41,515 bases of DNA from Verrucomicrobiota bacterium (GTDB taxonomy: Bacteria; Verrucomicrobiota; Verrucomicrobiia; Methylacidiphilales; Verrucolacustridaceae): the NCBI GenBank assembly GCA_010028775.1, contig RHAF01000001.1, forward strand, positions 1-41,515. Reading direction: 5' to 3'. Positions 1 through 8,435 of the stretch are shown here, one piece after another. A program made the position numbers and the translations under genes. The notes below the pieces were generated by a model. That model saw only the letters and a program-made list of their open reading frames with translations. It was not told where the DNA came from and ran no database searches. Numbering within the stretch: the first letter of the stretch is position 1; the number at the start of each line of letters is the position of its first letter.

Positions 1-14
1 AAGGGAGAGTCTAA

Positions 15-461
15 TTGAGCGCACCGATGGGGTTTTCCAAGGCAAGTTTATGGGGTGCGGCGGTGCTGTTGCTAACAATCTGGGGCGCGGGTTGCCGTCC
101 GAACCCACGCGAGGAATTCAGATCGGAACTGGAAAGGATGACGGGGTTGGCGAACGGGAGAAAATATCAGGACCTGGAAAGGGGGATGTCGGCCCGGCTG
201 AAGGAAAGAATCCGTTTGGAGGGCTGGGAACCGGCGCAGGCCTTGCTGGCGGTGGCCAAAAAAGACCGGGAGGACGGGGCCCGCTACCGTGTGGCGGACA
301 TCCCCAAGTTTGAGACCGGGGCTTATGCGGAGGTGGAGATCGCCAGGCAGAAGGAGGGGGTCGAGAGAAGATTTGTCGTCCCATTCGTCCGGGAGGAGGG
401 GCGATGGAAGGCGGGGGCGGCTTACCGGGACGGGCGGACTTGGGAGGAACCGGAATTTTGA
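15..461 (+). CDS. Hypothetical lipoprotein (possible NTF2-like/DUF4878-type fold)
   Basis: 148-aa ORF. Hydrophobic signal ends in GAG-C (lipobox-like); C-terminal 'FVREEGRWK' strand is typical of NTF2-like lipoproteins. AAGGGAG precedes TTG at 15; alternative ATG at 27. Confidence 0.6.
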   Translation: MSAPMGFSKASLWGAAVLLLTIWGAGCRPNPREEFRSELERMTGLANGRKYQDLERGMSARLKERIRLEGWEPAQALLAVAKKDREDGARYRVADIPKFETGAYAEVEIARQKEGVERRFVVPFVREEGRWKAGAAYRDGRTWEEPEF

Positions 462-498
462 CTTAGCCCTGCCAGGCATGTGGGCACGGCGATCCGTT

Positions 499-518
499 CG
501 ATTCGGATTAGGATGAAG
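499..518. repeat. Short degenerate GATnnn hexamer repeat (copy 1)
   Basis: C-GATTCG-GATTAG-GATGAA-G; shares GATTAGGATGA with the tract at 1541-1582. Confidence 0.45.
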
Positions 519-534
519 AAAAAAGGAACAGAAC

Positions 535-562
535 TTTCAACCCGTGGATTCAAGGATAGGAT
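535..562 (+). promoter_or_regulatory. Putative sigma70 promoter, probably giving a leaderless manA mRNA
   Basis: TTTCAA (535-540), 16 bp, TAGGAT (557-562). The ATG at 569 lies at the expected +1; no SD sequence. Confidence 0.4.
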
Positions 563-568
563 TCTTTC

Positions 569-1507
569 ATGGCGATATGGGAATTTGCGGTGATTCCGCA
601 GGAGCGGATCTGGGGCGGAAGAAATCTGCAGGAGCGCTTCGGCAGGGTTCTGCCGGAGGGGAAAATGATCGGGGAGACATGGGAACTGGTGGACCGGGCA
701 GAGGCACAATCGCGGGTCAAGGAAACCGGCCAGACATTGGGGGAATTGTGGAGCGGGGCGGAGCGCAGAAAAATCTTCGGCCACAAGGCTCCTGCCACGT
801 CCCGTTTTCCCATTTTGATCAAACTGCTGGATGCCCAGGACAAGCTATCCCTGCAGGTTCATCCTCCGGCCGAAAAAGCAAGGGAGCTTGGGGGCGAACC
901 CAAAACGGAGATGTGGTTTTTTCTGGAGACACAACAAGGGGCGGAGATTTATGCCGGGCTGAAAAAAGGGGTGGGGAGAAAAGAGTTTGAGTCGGCGTTG
1001 GCGGGTGGAAAGGTGGCCGACTGTTTTCACCGGTTGCCAACGGAAGCGGGGCAGGCGATGTTTCTTCCTTCCGGACGGGTCCATGCGATTGGTGCGGGGA
1101 ACGTGATTTTGGAAATTCAGCAAAACTCCGACACCACCTACCGGGTTTACGATTGGGACCGCAAAGATGACTCCGGCAAGCCGCGGGCCCTGCATGTGAA
1201 AGAGGCGTTGGCCTCCATCCGGTGGGATGACCATGAGCCGTCGTTTGTCCAACCCAGGGGCGAACGGTTGCTGGTTTGCGACCACTTCAAAATCACCCGC
1301 TGGTGGGTGGCGCCCGGCGAGGTCCGGGAGGTCGTGCCGAATGCGGGATCTTTTCGCTACCTATTCGTGGCGGATGGAAAGGTCAAAGAGGAGGCAAGCG
1401 GGGAGGAGTGGTCCAAGGGGGCGGCGCGATTTGTCACGGCGGATCACGGGTCGGTTTTGCTGCACGGTGTCGAGGAGAGCACGGTGGTGCAGGTGGAGTT
1501 TGCGTAG
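569..1507 (+). CDS. manA: Mannose-6-phosphate isomerase, class I (cupin)
   Basis: Motifs 'ERIWGG', 'IGETWE', 'FPILIKLLDAQDKLSLQVHP', 'KTEMW', 'GRVHAIGAG', 'EIQQNSDTTYRVYDWDR'. Confidence 0.93.
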   Translation: MAIWEFAVIPQERIWGGRNLQERFGRVLPEGKMIGETWELVDRAEAQSRVKETGQTLGELWSGAERRKIFGHKAPATSRFPILIKLLDAQDKLSLQVHPPAEKARELGGEPKTEMWFFLETQQGAEIYAGLKKGVGRKEFESALAGGKVADCFHRLPTEAGQAMFLPSGRVHAIGAGNVILEIQQNSDTTYRVYDWDRKDDSGKPRALHVKEALASIRWDDHEPSFVQPRGERLLVCDHFKITRWWVAPGEVREVVPNAGSFRYLFVADGKVKEEASGEEWSKGAARFVTADHGSVLLHGVEESTVVQVEFA

Positions 1508-1540
1508 CGTCGAGAATTAAGCTGACGGAGAGTGTGCCGC

Positions 1541-1582
1541 GATTTGGATTAAGATTAGGATGAGCGTGGGGATGAGGATGAA
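1541..1582. repeat. Degenerate tandem hexamer repeat (GATnnn)
   Basis: GATTTG GATTAA GATTAG GATGAG CGTGGG GATGAG GATGAA in the manA-rnr convergent intergenic region. Confidence 0.55.
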
Positions 1583-1631
1583 GTGAGCTACGCACCAGAA
1601 ATCTGCAGGGGTGCAGCTGATGGATCCTGTT

Positions 1632-1656
1632 AGCTGACCGCGACGGTCAGCTCTAC
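1632..1656 (-). repeat. GTAG-type REP-like palindrome, possibly a 3' stem-loop of rnr
   Basis: Minus strand reads GTAG-AGCTGACCG-TCG-CGGTCAGCT: a perfect 9-bp stem preceded by GTAG, 8 bp after the rnr stop. Confidence 0.6.
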
Positions 1657-1664
1657 CCAGAGAT

Positions 1665-3782
1665 TCAGGCAGGTCGAAAGTCGACCTGGCGTTTGGGGAG
1701 GTCGATTTTTAGCACTGCGACGCGGAGGTGACTGCCGGCACGGTATGTTTTGCCGCTTCGGCGACCGCGGAGGGAGCGCTGGGAGGGGTTGTAGGAAAAG
1801 AAGTCGTCCTTGATCGAGGAAACGTGGACCAGACCGGAAAGGAGAAAATCGGGGAGTTCGACAAACATGCCGAAGTTGGTGACCTCGGTGACCACGGCCG
1901 GAAAGGTCTGGGTGGCGTGAGGGCCGGCCTGCATCTCAAGATACTCCAGTAACTTGAGTTTTTTGGATTCCTGTTCGGCCTCCGCCGCGACGCGTTCGGT
2001 GCGTGAGAGGTGCTGGGCCAACTGATCGAGGTGAACGCTCTTTCCGCCTCCCTTGGGGTGGGCCAAAGCCCGGTGGACGAGAAGGTCGGCATACCGGCGG
2101 ATGGGCGAGGTGAAATGGGTGTAGTGGGACTTGGCGAGACCGAAGTGGCCCAGGCTTTTCGGGGAGTAGACCGCCCGTTTAAGGGAGCGGAGAAGTCCGA
2201 TCTTCAGAGCATAACCGTCGGGACGTCCCGGCAGAAGTTTGAGGATCTTCTGGATTTCACCGCGCTGGGTGAGGTCGCCCGCCTTGATTCCGTGGGCGAT
2301 GAGGAGCTCGCGATACTCCTGCAGGCGGGATTCGTCGGGCATCTCGTGAATGCGGTAAACGGCGGGGCGGTTTTCGCGGTTCAGATGGCAGGCGACGGAC
2401 TCGTTGGCCAGCAGCATGAACTCCTCGATCAGCTGGTGGGATTCGTCGGAGGACTCCCTTTCGATCCGGTCGGGCTTCCCGCGGGCGTCGAGAAGGATGC
2501 GGAGCTCGGGAAAATCGAGATCGAGGGCGCCGGCGGAGAAGCGGCGACGGCGCAGGGCGGAGGCGAAGTGCCAAGCCCGCTGAAGAAATCGGTCGAGGTC
2601 GTCGCGTGCCGGGCGCTTCATTCTTTCCATGGCCTCGGCATAGGTGAGGCGGTGTCGGGAAAAAATGACGGAGCGGCCAAATCGGGCGGCACCGGCCTTG
2701 CCGTCGGGCCCCACGCGGACGAAGGCGGAGTAGGTCAACCGCTGTTCCTGGGGGCGAAGGGAGCAGAGATCGTCGGAGAGGCGCGGGGGGAGCATCGGAA
2801 TGACCCCGTTGACGAGATAGACGCTGTTCGCACGCTTGCGGGCCTCGTGGTCCAGGGCGGAGCCGACCTTGACGTAGTGGGAGACGTCCGCGATGTGGAT
2901 GCCGATCTCCGCATGGCCGTTGGGAAGCTCACGCAGGGAGATGGCGTCGTCGAAATCCCGGGCGGTGTCGGGATCGATGGTGATGATGAACTCGCCGCGG
3001 AGATCCTCGCGGCCGGGCGGGTTGTCCGGCAGTTCGACCTTGGGGAAGGAGGAGGCCTCGGCCATGGCCTCGGGAGGAAAACGGGCGGGCAGGTCAAACT
3101 TCCGGATGATGGAGAGGATGTCCACGCCCGGATCGGCGGGGGCGCCGAGGCGTTCGACAATGATTCCCTCGGGGTTGGAGTGGCGGTTTTTCCAATCGAT
3201 TAGCCGGGCGACGACTTTGTCGCCCGGTTGGGCGGCCGGGGAGCCCTCGGTTCCGGGGGCGGGGACGTAGAGGTTGTGCAGGTAGCGGGGATCATCGGGG
3301 ATAACGATATGGAAGCGGGCGGTTTTCTGGAGGGTGCCGACGATGTTGGCAGCGCGGCGTTCGAGAATGCGAAGCACGCGACCCAACCGCCGCTCCCCGC
3401 CGTCGGGACGACGGCCTCTCGGTCCCTGGGCGGACGGGCGGCGGTCCAGTCTGGCGACCACCAGATCACCGTGAAGTGCGTTGGCGGTGTCCTCGGCCGG
3501 GATATGAAGGTCGGGCGATCCGTCCTCGGGAAGGACAAAGGCGAACCCTTTGGAATGAAATTGGATCGCTCCGGTGACCAGGTCGGCGTTTCCCGCGGAG
3601 ATCCAATGGTTTTGCCGGACCCGGGCGACCTTGCCCTCCTTTTCGAGGAGCGTGAGGGTGCGGACGACGGCACCCGGCGGGACGCGAAGGCGCCGGGCGA
3701 GGGAGGCGGCCTCGAGGGGAGTGGCTTTTTTGCCCTGCAGGAGGGAAAGAATGCGGTCGGGCAAGCGGCTGGCGGCGGGCAT
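1665..3782 (-). CDS. rnr: Ribonuclease R
   Basis: N-terminal HTH and cold-shock domains, RNB motifs 'TIDPDTARDFDDA' and 'HYTHFTSPIRRYADL', C-terminal S1 domain. Start set at ATG 3782 (MPAASR) to avoid overlap with glgA. Confidence 0.95.
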   Translation of the reverse strand: MPAASRLPDRILSLLQGKKATPLEAASLARRLRVPPGAVVRTLTLLEKEGKVARVRQNHWISAGNADLVTGAIQFHSKGFAFVLPEDGSPDLHIPAEDTANALHGDLVVARLDRRPSAQGPRGRRPDGGERRLGRVLRILERRAANIVGTLQKTARFHIVIPDDPRYLHNLYVPAPGTEGSPAAQPGDKVVARLIDWKNRHSNPEGIIVERLGAPADPGVDILSIIRKFDLPARFPPEAMAEASSFPKVELPDNPPGREDLRGEFIITIDPDTARDFDDAISLRELPNGHAEIGIHIADVSHYVKVGSALDHEARKRANSVYLVNGVIPMLPPRLSDDLCSLRPQEQRLTYSAFVRVGPDGKAGAARFGRSVIFSRHRLTYAEAMERMKRPARDDLDRFLQRAWHFASALRRRRFSAGALDLDFPELRILLDARGKPDRIERESSDESHQLIEEFMLLANESVACHLNRENRPAVYRIHEMPDESRLQEYRELLIAHGIKAGDLTQRGEIQKILKLLPGRPDGYALKIGLLRSLKRAVYSPKSLGHFGLAKSHYTHFTSPIRRYADLLVHRALAHPKGGGKSVHLDQLAQHLSRTERVAAEAEQESKKLKLLEYLEMQAGPHATQTFPAVVTEVTNFGMFVELPDFLLSGLVHVSSIKDDFFSYNPSQRSLRGRRSGKTYRAGSHLRVAVLKIDLPKRQVDFRPA

Positions 3783-3795
3783 GGGTTTAAGGGCA

Positions 3796-3802
3796 TAGTG
3801 TA
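3796..3802. promoter_or_regulatory. Candidate overlapping bidirectional -10 elements for glgA (+) and rnr (-)
   Basis: TAGTGT on + (3796-3801) and TACACT on - (3802-3797) within a 31-bp divergent intergenic region. Confidence 0.45.
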
Positions 3803-3813
3803 ACCCACTTCCG

Positions 3814-5235
3814 ATGAACATCCTATTCGTGGCCACGGAACTCGCGCCCCACGCCAAGGTTGGCGGCTTGGCTGACGTGATGGCGGCGCTGCCGCAGGCG
3901 TTGGCCCACGCAGGTCACGGGGTGAGCCTGGTGGTGCCTCTGCACCGCAGCCTGAGGAGGTCGGGGGAATTCCGGGCGACCCCGCTGACTTTGGAGATCT
4001 CCGCGGCCGGGAAAATATGGCCGGGCCGGGTATGGGAGGGACGGCGGGACGGGGTGGCCTTGTGGGCGATCGAACGGGATGAATTTTTCGACCGGGTGCA
4101 TCCCTACGGGGATGGGAAGGGGGACTATGCCGACAGCCTCGATCGCTTCAACTTTCTGGCAAAAGCCGCGGTGGAACTGGCGCGCTACCTGGATCCGACT
4201 CCCGACATCCTGCATGCCAACGACTGGCATGCGGCCTTGGTGCCGGGACATTGCCGGGCCTTGGGACTGCCGATGAAAACGGTCTTCACCATTCACAATC
4301 TGAAGTACCAGGGGGAGTTTCCCGCGGGGGACTTTTCCTCCCTCGGATTGCCGCCCGGGATGTATTCCCCCGAGGGATTCGAGTTTTACGGGAAACTGAA
4401 CCTGATGAAGGGTGCAATTCTCCTTTCCGATGCGGTGACGACCGTCAGCCCGACCTATGCAGAGGAGATCCAGGGGGTGGCCCAGGGGTTCGGGTTGCAC
4501 GAGGTGTTGCGGGCCAACGCCGCCAAACTCACGGGCATCCTCAACGGGATCGACGATTCGGGCTGGAATCCGTCGACCGACCGCGTGATCCAGGCTCACT
4601 ATCGTTGCGGGGCGATGCGCGGGCGGGAAGATTGCCGGGCGGCCCTGGAATCCGAGATGGGGATGGAGCCGGCCAACGGCCGCCCGATTTTTGGCATGGT
4701 CACGCGAATGGCTGAGGAGAAGGGGGTGGATCTGGCGCTGGCCAACGCGGGGCATCTGGTCCGCAAGGGGGCGCGTTTGGCGGTTTTGGGCACAGGAGAC
4801 AAGGGATTGGAAAAGTTGGCGGCGGATTTGGCGAAAAAACACCCGCGGCAGGTGGTGATACGGCGGGAACACAATGAGGGTTTGGCGCACCGAATTTTCG
4901 CGGGAGCGGATTTTTTTCTCATGCCCTCGGCCACCGAACCCTGCGGCCTCACCCAGATGTATGCCATGCGCTACGGATCCATTCCTGTGGTCGGAGACAC
5001 GGGCGGACTGCATGACACGGTGGAGGAGTGGGATCGTGAGGGCAAAAGAGGGACTGGATTCCTTTTCCGTCCGCACACGGAGGCGGCTCTCCGGGAGGCC
5101 TTGGATCGCGCCTTGGCGTTGTGGGATGAACCCGCAATAATGAAGGTGGCCCGTCAAAACGGGATGAAGAAAGAGTGGGGATGGGGTTCGGCGGTGCCGG
5201 CCTATGAAAGAGTCTACCGCTCGGTCTTGGACTGA
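3814..5235 (+). CDS. glgA: Glycogen synthase (GT5)
   Basis: 'ELAPHAKVGGLADV' (KxGG), 'HANDWH', 'FTIHNL', 'GILNGID', 'EPCGLTQMYAMRYG'. Confidence 0.96.
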   Translation: MNILFVATELAPHAKVGGLADVMAALPQALAHAGHGVSLVVPLHRSLRRSGEFRATPLTLEISAAGKIWPGRVWEGRRDGVALWAIERDEFFDRVHPYGDGKGDYADSLDRFNFLAKAAVELARYLDPTPDILHANDWHAALVPGHCRALGLPMKTVFTIHNLKYQGEFPAGDFSSLGLPPGMYSPEGFEFYGKLNLMKGAILLSDAVTTVSPTYAEEIQGVAQGFGLHEVLRANAAKLTGILNGIDDSGWNPSTDRVIQAHYRCGAMRGREDCRAALESEMGMEPANGRPIFGMVTRMAEEKGVDLALANAGHLVRKGARLAVLGTGDKGLEKLAADLAKKHPRQVVIRREHNEGLAHRIFAGADFFLMPSATEPCGLTQMYAMRYGSIPVVGDTGGLHDTVEEWDREGKRGTGFLFRPHTEAALREALDRALALWDEPAIMKVARQNGMKKEWGWGSAVPAYERVYRSVLD

Positions 5236-5259
5236 AGCAGAGGGAGGATAAGAGCAGCC

Positions 5260-6291
5260 ATGCCGGAACTGAGAAAAGACCCCGTGGTGGGACGCTGGAT
5301 CGTCTTCAGTCCCGAGCGGCAGATCCGGCCGGAGCGGTACCGCTGCGAGGAGTTGCCCCCGACGCGTCCGGAGGAGGATCCCTTTCTCGAGGGGCACGAG
5401 AGCTACACCCCTCCCGAGGTCTATGCGATCCGTCCGGGCGGGGGCGCGCCCAACACCCCGGGTTGGCAGGTGCGGGTGGTACCCAACCGCTTTCCCGCCC
5501 TGCGGGTCGAAGGTCAGCTGGAGCGGGAGGCTGTCGGTTTTTACGATCGAATGAACGGGGTGGGAGCCCACGAGGTGGTGATCGAGACACCCCACCCCAA
5601 ACTGCTGCTGGAAAAGCAGTCGCTCAGCGGCGTGGCCAGGGTGCTGGAGGCCTGCCGTTGCCGGATCATCGATCTCTCCAGGGACGTCCGTCTGCATTAC
5701 ATCCTTGTCTTCAAGAACCATGGGGCGCGGGCCGGGGCGACCATGCCCCATCCGCACACCCAGTTAATTGCCATGCCGGTGACGCCGATCGTAGTGAAGG
5801 AAAAGCTGACCGCAGCCCGAGCCTACTACCTGGAAAAAGACCGGAACCTCTTTGAGGACATCCTCAAGGCAGAGAAGAAAACGGGCGACCGGTTGGTTTT
5901 TGAAAATGACGGTTTCGTGGCCTATTGTCCCTTTGCCAGCCGGTTTCCCTTTGAGACCTGCATCATGCCGAAAAAACAGGCCCCGGATTTTCACGCCACC
6001 AGCGACGGGGATCTGGTGCTGGCGGCCGAGGCGATCCAGAGGGTGCTCGGTTCCTACGCCACGGCCCTCGACCAACCGGACTACAACCTCATCCTGCACA
6101 CGGCCCCGTTCCGACGAAGCCGGCGCCCGGACGCCTGGTCCACGATCGACGCCGATTTCCGCTGGCACATCGAAATTCTGCCGCGGCTGACCGGGGTGGC
6201 CGGTTTCGAGTTCGGCACCGGCTTCTACATCAACCCGACGCTTCCCGAGGAGGCGGCCAACGTCCTGCGGGAGGCCATGACACATGGCTGA
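5260..6291 (+). CDS. galT: GalT-family hexose-1-phosphate nucleotidylyltransferase (HIT superfamily)
   Basis: 'MPELRKDP', 'VRVVPNRFPAL', 'GAHEVVIE', 'FKNHG..AGAT.PHPHTQ' (HxHxQ), 'AGFEFGTG.YINP'. Confidence 0.9.
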   Translation: MPELRKDPVVGRWIVFSPERQIRPERYRCEELPPTRPEEDPFLEGHESYTPPEVYAIRPGGGAPNTPGWQVRVVPNRFPALRVEGQLEREAVGFYDRMNGVGAHEVVIETPHPKLLLEKQSLSGVARVLEACRCRIIDLSRDVRLHYILVFKNHGARAGATMPHPHTQLIAMPVTPIVVKEKLTAARAYYLEKDRNLFEDILKAEKKTGDRLVFENDGFVAYCPFASRFPFETCIMPKKQAPDFHATSDGDLVLAAEAIQRVLGSYATALDQPDYNLILHTAPFRRSRRPDAWSTIDADFRWHIEILPRLTGVAGFEFGTGFYINPTLPEEAANVLREAMTHG

Positions 6292-8425
6292 CGTCGCCCT
6301 TCTTTGGCATCTCCACCAGCCGTCCTATGTGGAGGCGCAAAGCGGGGAGGTTTTGATGCCGTGGGTGCGGTTGCACGCCGTGCGGGGCTACTCCGACATG
6401 GCGGAGATGGCGCGGCGGCATCCCAAGGTCAAAATCAATTTCAACCTGACCCCGGTGCTGGTCCGCCAGATTGAGGAACTGGCGGAAAATAAAGGAAAAG
6501 ACCGATGGGGACTGTTGGCCAGGAAAGAGGCCGCCAAGCTGACAACCGAAGAAAGGCAGCAGGTGCTGGAACATTTTTTTAAAATCAACTGGGCGACCTG
6601 TGTCGACCCCTATCCCCGGTACCGCCAACTGCTCGATCTCCGGGGTCGGCGCCCGGGCGCCGCGCAGTCCATGCAGAACGTCAAACGTTTCAAGGAGGAG
6701 GACCTGAGGGATCTGCAGGTTTGGTTCAACCTGGGATGGTGCGGATTTGCCGTCCGCAGGCGTTATCCCGAACTTCTGGCGCTGATTGCCAAGGAAAGGG
6801 GATTCACGGAGGAGGAGAAAATCCGGGTCATGGAAATCCATCAGGAGGTTTTGCTGGGAATTTTGGGCGAGTATCGGGCGTTGGCGGAGTCGGGCCAGGT
6901 TGAGCTGACCACCACGCCCTTTTACCATCCCATTCTTCCCTTGTTGGTGGACAGCGACTGCGCCAAACGTGCGATGCCCTGGGCCCGGTTGCCGGAGCGG
7001 ATTCAGGCACCGGAGGATGCCCTGGCCCAGCTAAAAAAAGCGCAGGATTTCCACACCCGGGTCTTTGGCCGAAAAGCCCGGGGTCTCTGGCCATCGGAGG
7101 GATCGGTCAGCCCGGAAGTGGTTCCGCTGATGGCCGAGGCCGGGTTCGAATATTTTTGCACTGACGAATCCGTTCTTTTCCGCGGGCTGGAGACCCAGGG
7201 TAGCCCGACGGATCACCTGGAGCTGTTCCAGCCTTGGAGGGTGGAAGAGGCCGGGTCCAAGGTGAAGGCCCTCTTCCGAGAGCGACCCCTGTCGGACTAC
7301 ATCGGTTTCACCGCCGCAAGGACCGAGCCTGCGGCGGCAGCGGATTATCTGAGGGTGCACCTCGAGCATATCGGGCAGGTCATGCCGCAGAACGGGGCGG
7401 TGCTGATCGCCCTGGACGGGGAAAACGCCTGGGAGGCATTTCCGGACAGCGGGGAGGCTTTTTTGGATGCGTTTTACCAGCGGTTGGAAACCTCCCCCAC
7501 GCTGGAGACGCGAACTTTGGGGGAGATCATGGACCGCAGCGAGGGCAGGCCGGTTGGGCGGTTGCATTCCGGTTCCTGGATCGGGGGAAACTTTGACATC
7601 TGGATCGGCGATCCAGAGGAGAATCAAGGGTGGGAATGGATCCGACGCACGCGCGAATTTTTGAAAAAAGCGGAGAGCCAGGGAAAGTTGTCCGAGGAGG
7701 TGCGGGCGGCAGCCTGGGAGGACATTTACGCCGCCGAGGGCAGTGACTGGTTCTGGTGGTACGGGCCGGACTTTCAAACGGACAGCGACATGATCTTTGA
7801 CGCGCTTTTCCGCAGTCGTCTGCAGAATGTCTACCGCCGCTTGGGAGTGACCCCGCCCGCGGCCCTGAGCGTGCCGATTTGCGGGGCGGAGGTGCGGTTG
7901 GGACATCCCCCCGTGCGAAGCATCGAGCCCCGTCTCGCGGCCAAGCCGGTCTTTTTGGACTGGTCGGGTGCGGGGCGGTACGAGGCGTGGAGGGACCAGG
8001 GGGCGATGGCCCACGGGGACCGGAGGGTGCGATCCATCCTCTACGGTTTCGGGGAAAACGATTTCTATTTCCGTCTGGATGCCAAAGGAGTCGTGGGGGA
8101 CGAGGTCTCGGTGGATTTCGACCTGCCTGTGCCGACGAGGGTGCGGGCGGTGCGCCGGGACAACGATTGGACGGTGGAGGTGACCAAAGCGACCGACGGG
8201 GTGGCCTTCTCCCGTGTGCCATGCGAGGCGGAAGCGGTGGGCGGGCAGGGACTGCAACTGCGCGTCCCCTTTGCCGCCCTGGGTTGGAGAAAGTCGGGCG
8301 GGGAGGTGAGTTTTCTGGTGCGGGTTCTCCGCGAGGGGTCGGAGGCCGAGCGTTATCCGGAGAGGGGGCTGATTGAGTTTTGCGGACCGAACCTATCCAA
8401 GGAACTGCAGAACTGGTTTGTCTAA
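6284..8425 (+). CDS. Glycoside hydrolase family 57, amylopullulanase-like
   Basis: GH57 motifs 'WHLHQP', 'PFYHPILPLL', 'WPSEGS' (nucleophile), 'LDGENAW' (acid/base), 'AEGSDWFWW'. Confidence 0.93.
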   Translation: MADVALLWHLHQPSYVEAQSGEVLMPWVRLHAVRGYSDMAEMARRHPKVKINFNLTPVLVRQIEELAENKGKDRWGLLARKEAAKLTTEERQQVLEHFFKINWATCVDPYPRYRQLLDLRGRRPGAAQSMQNVKRFKEEDLRDLQVWFNLGWCGFAVRRRYPELLALIAKERGFTEEEKIRVMEIHQEVLLGILGEYRALAESGQVELTTTPFYHPILPLLVDSDCAKRAMPWARLPERIQAPEDALAQLKKAQDFHTRVFGRKARGLWPSEGSVSPEVVPLMAEAGFEYFCTDESVLFRGLETQGSPTDHLELFQPWRVEEAGSKVKALFRERPLSDYIGFTAARTEPAAAADYLRVHLEHIGQVMPQNGAVLIALDGENAWEAFPDSGEAFLDAFYQRLETSPTLETRTLGEIMDRSEGRPVGRLHSGSWIGGNFDIWIGDPEENQGWEWIRRTREFLKKAESQGKLSEEVRAAAWEDIYAAEGSDWFWWYGPDFQTDSDMIFDALFRSRLQNVYRRLGVTPPAALSVPICGAEVRLGHPPVRSIEPRLAAKPVFLDWSGAGRYEAWRDQGAMAHGDRRVRSILYGFGENDFYFRLDAKGVVGDEVSVDFDLPVPTRVRAVRRDNDWTVEVTKATDGVAFSRVPCEAEAVGGQGLQLRVPFAALGWRKSGGEVSFLVRVLREGSEAERYPERGLIEFCGPNLSKELQNWFV

Positions 8426-8435
8426 AGGCTTCCTG

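Noticed and set aside
1508-1664. Possible CRISPR array or ncRNA in the manA-rnr gap
   Set aside because: No repeat-spacer periodicity and no recognisable RNA family; only hexamer repeats and one hairpin.
3823-5757. 644-aa antisense ORF, and similar long shadow ORFs (2010-3203, 7527-8957, 12049-14100, 16184-17854, 22830-24143, 25166-26470, 28556-29782)
   Set aside because: They overlap well-supported genes, carry no recognisable motifs, and are expected from high-GC codon bias.
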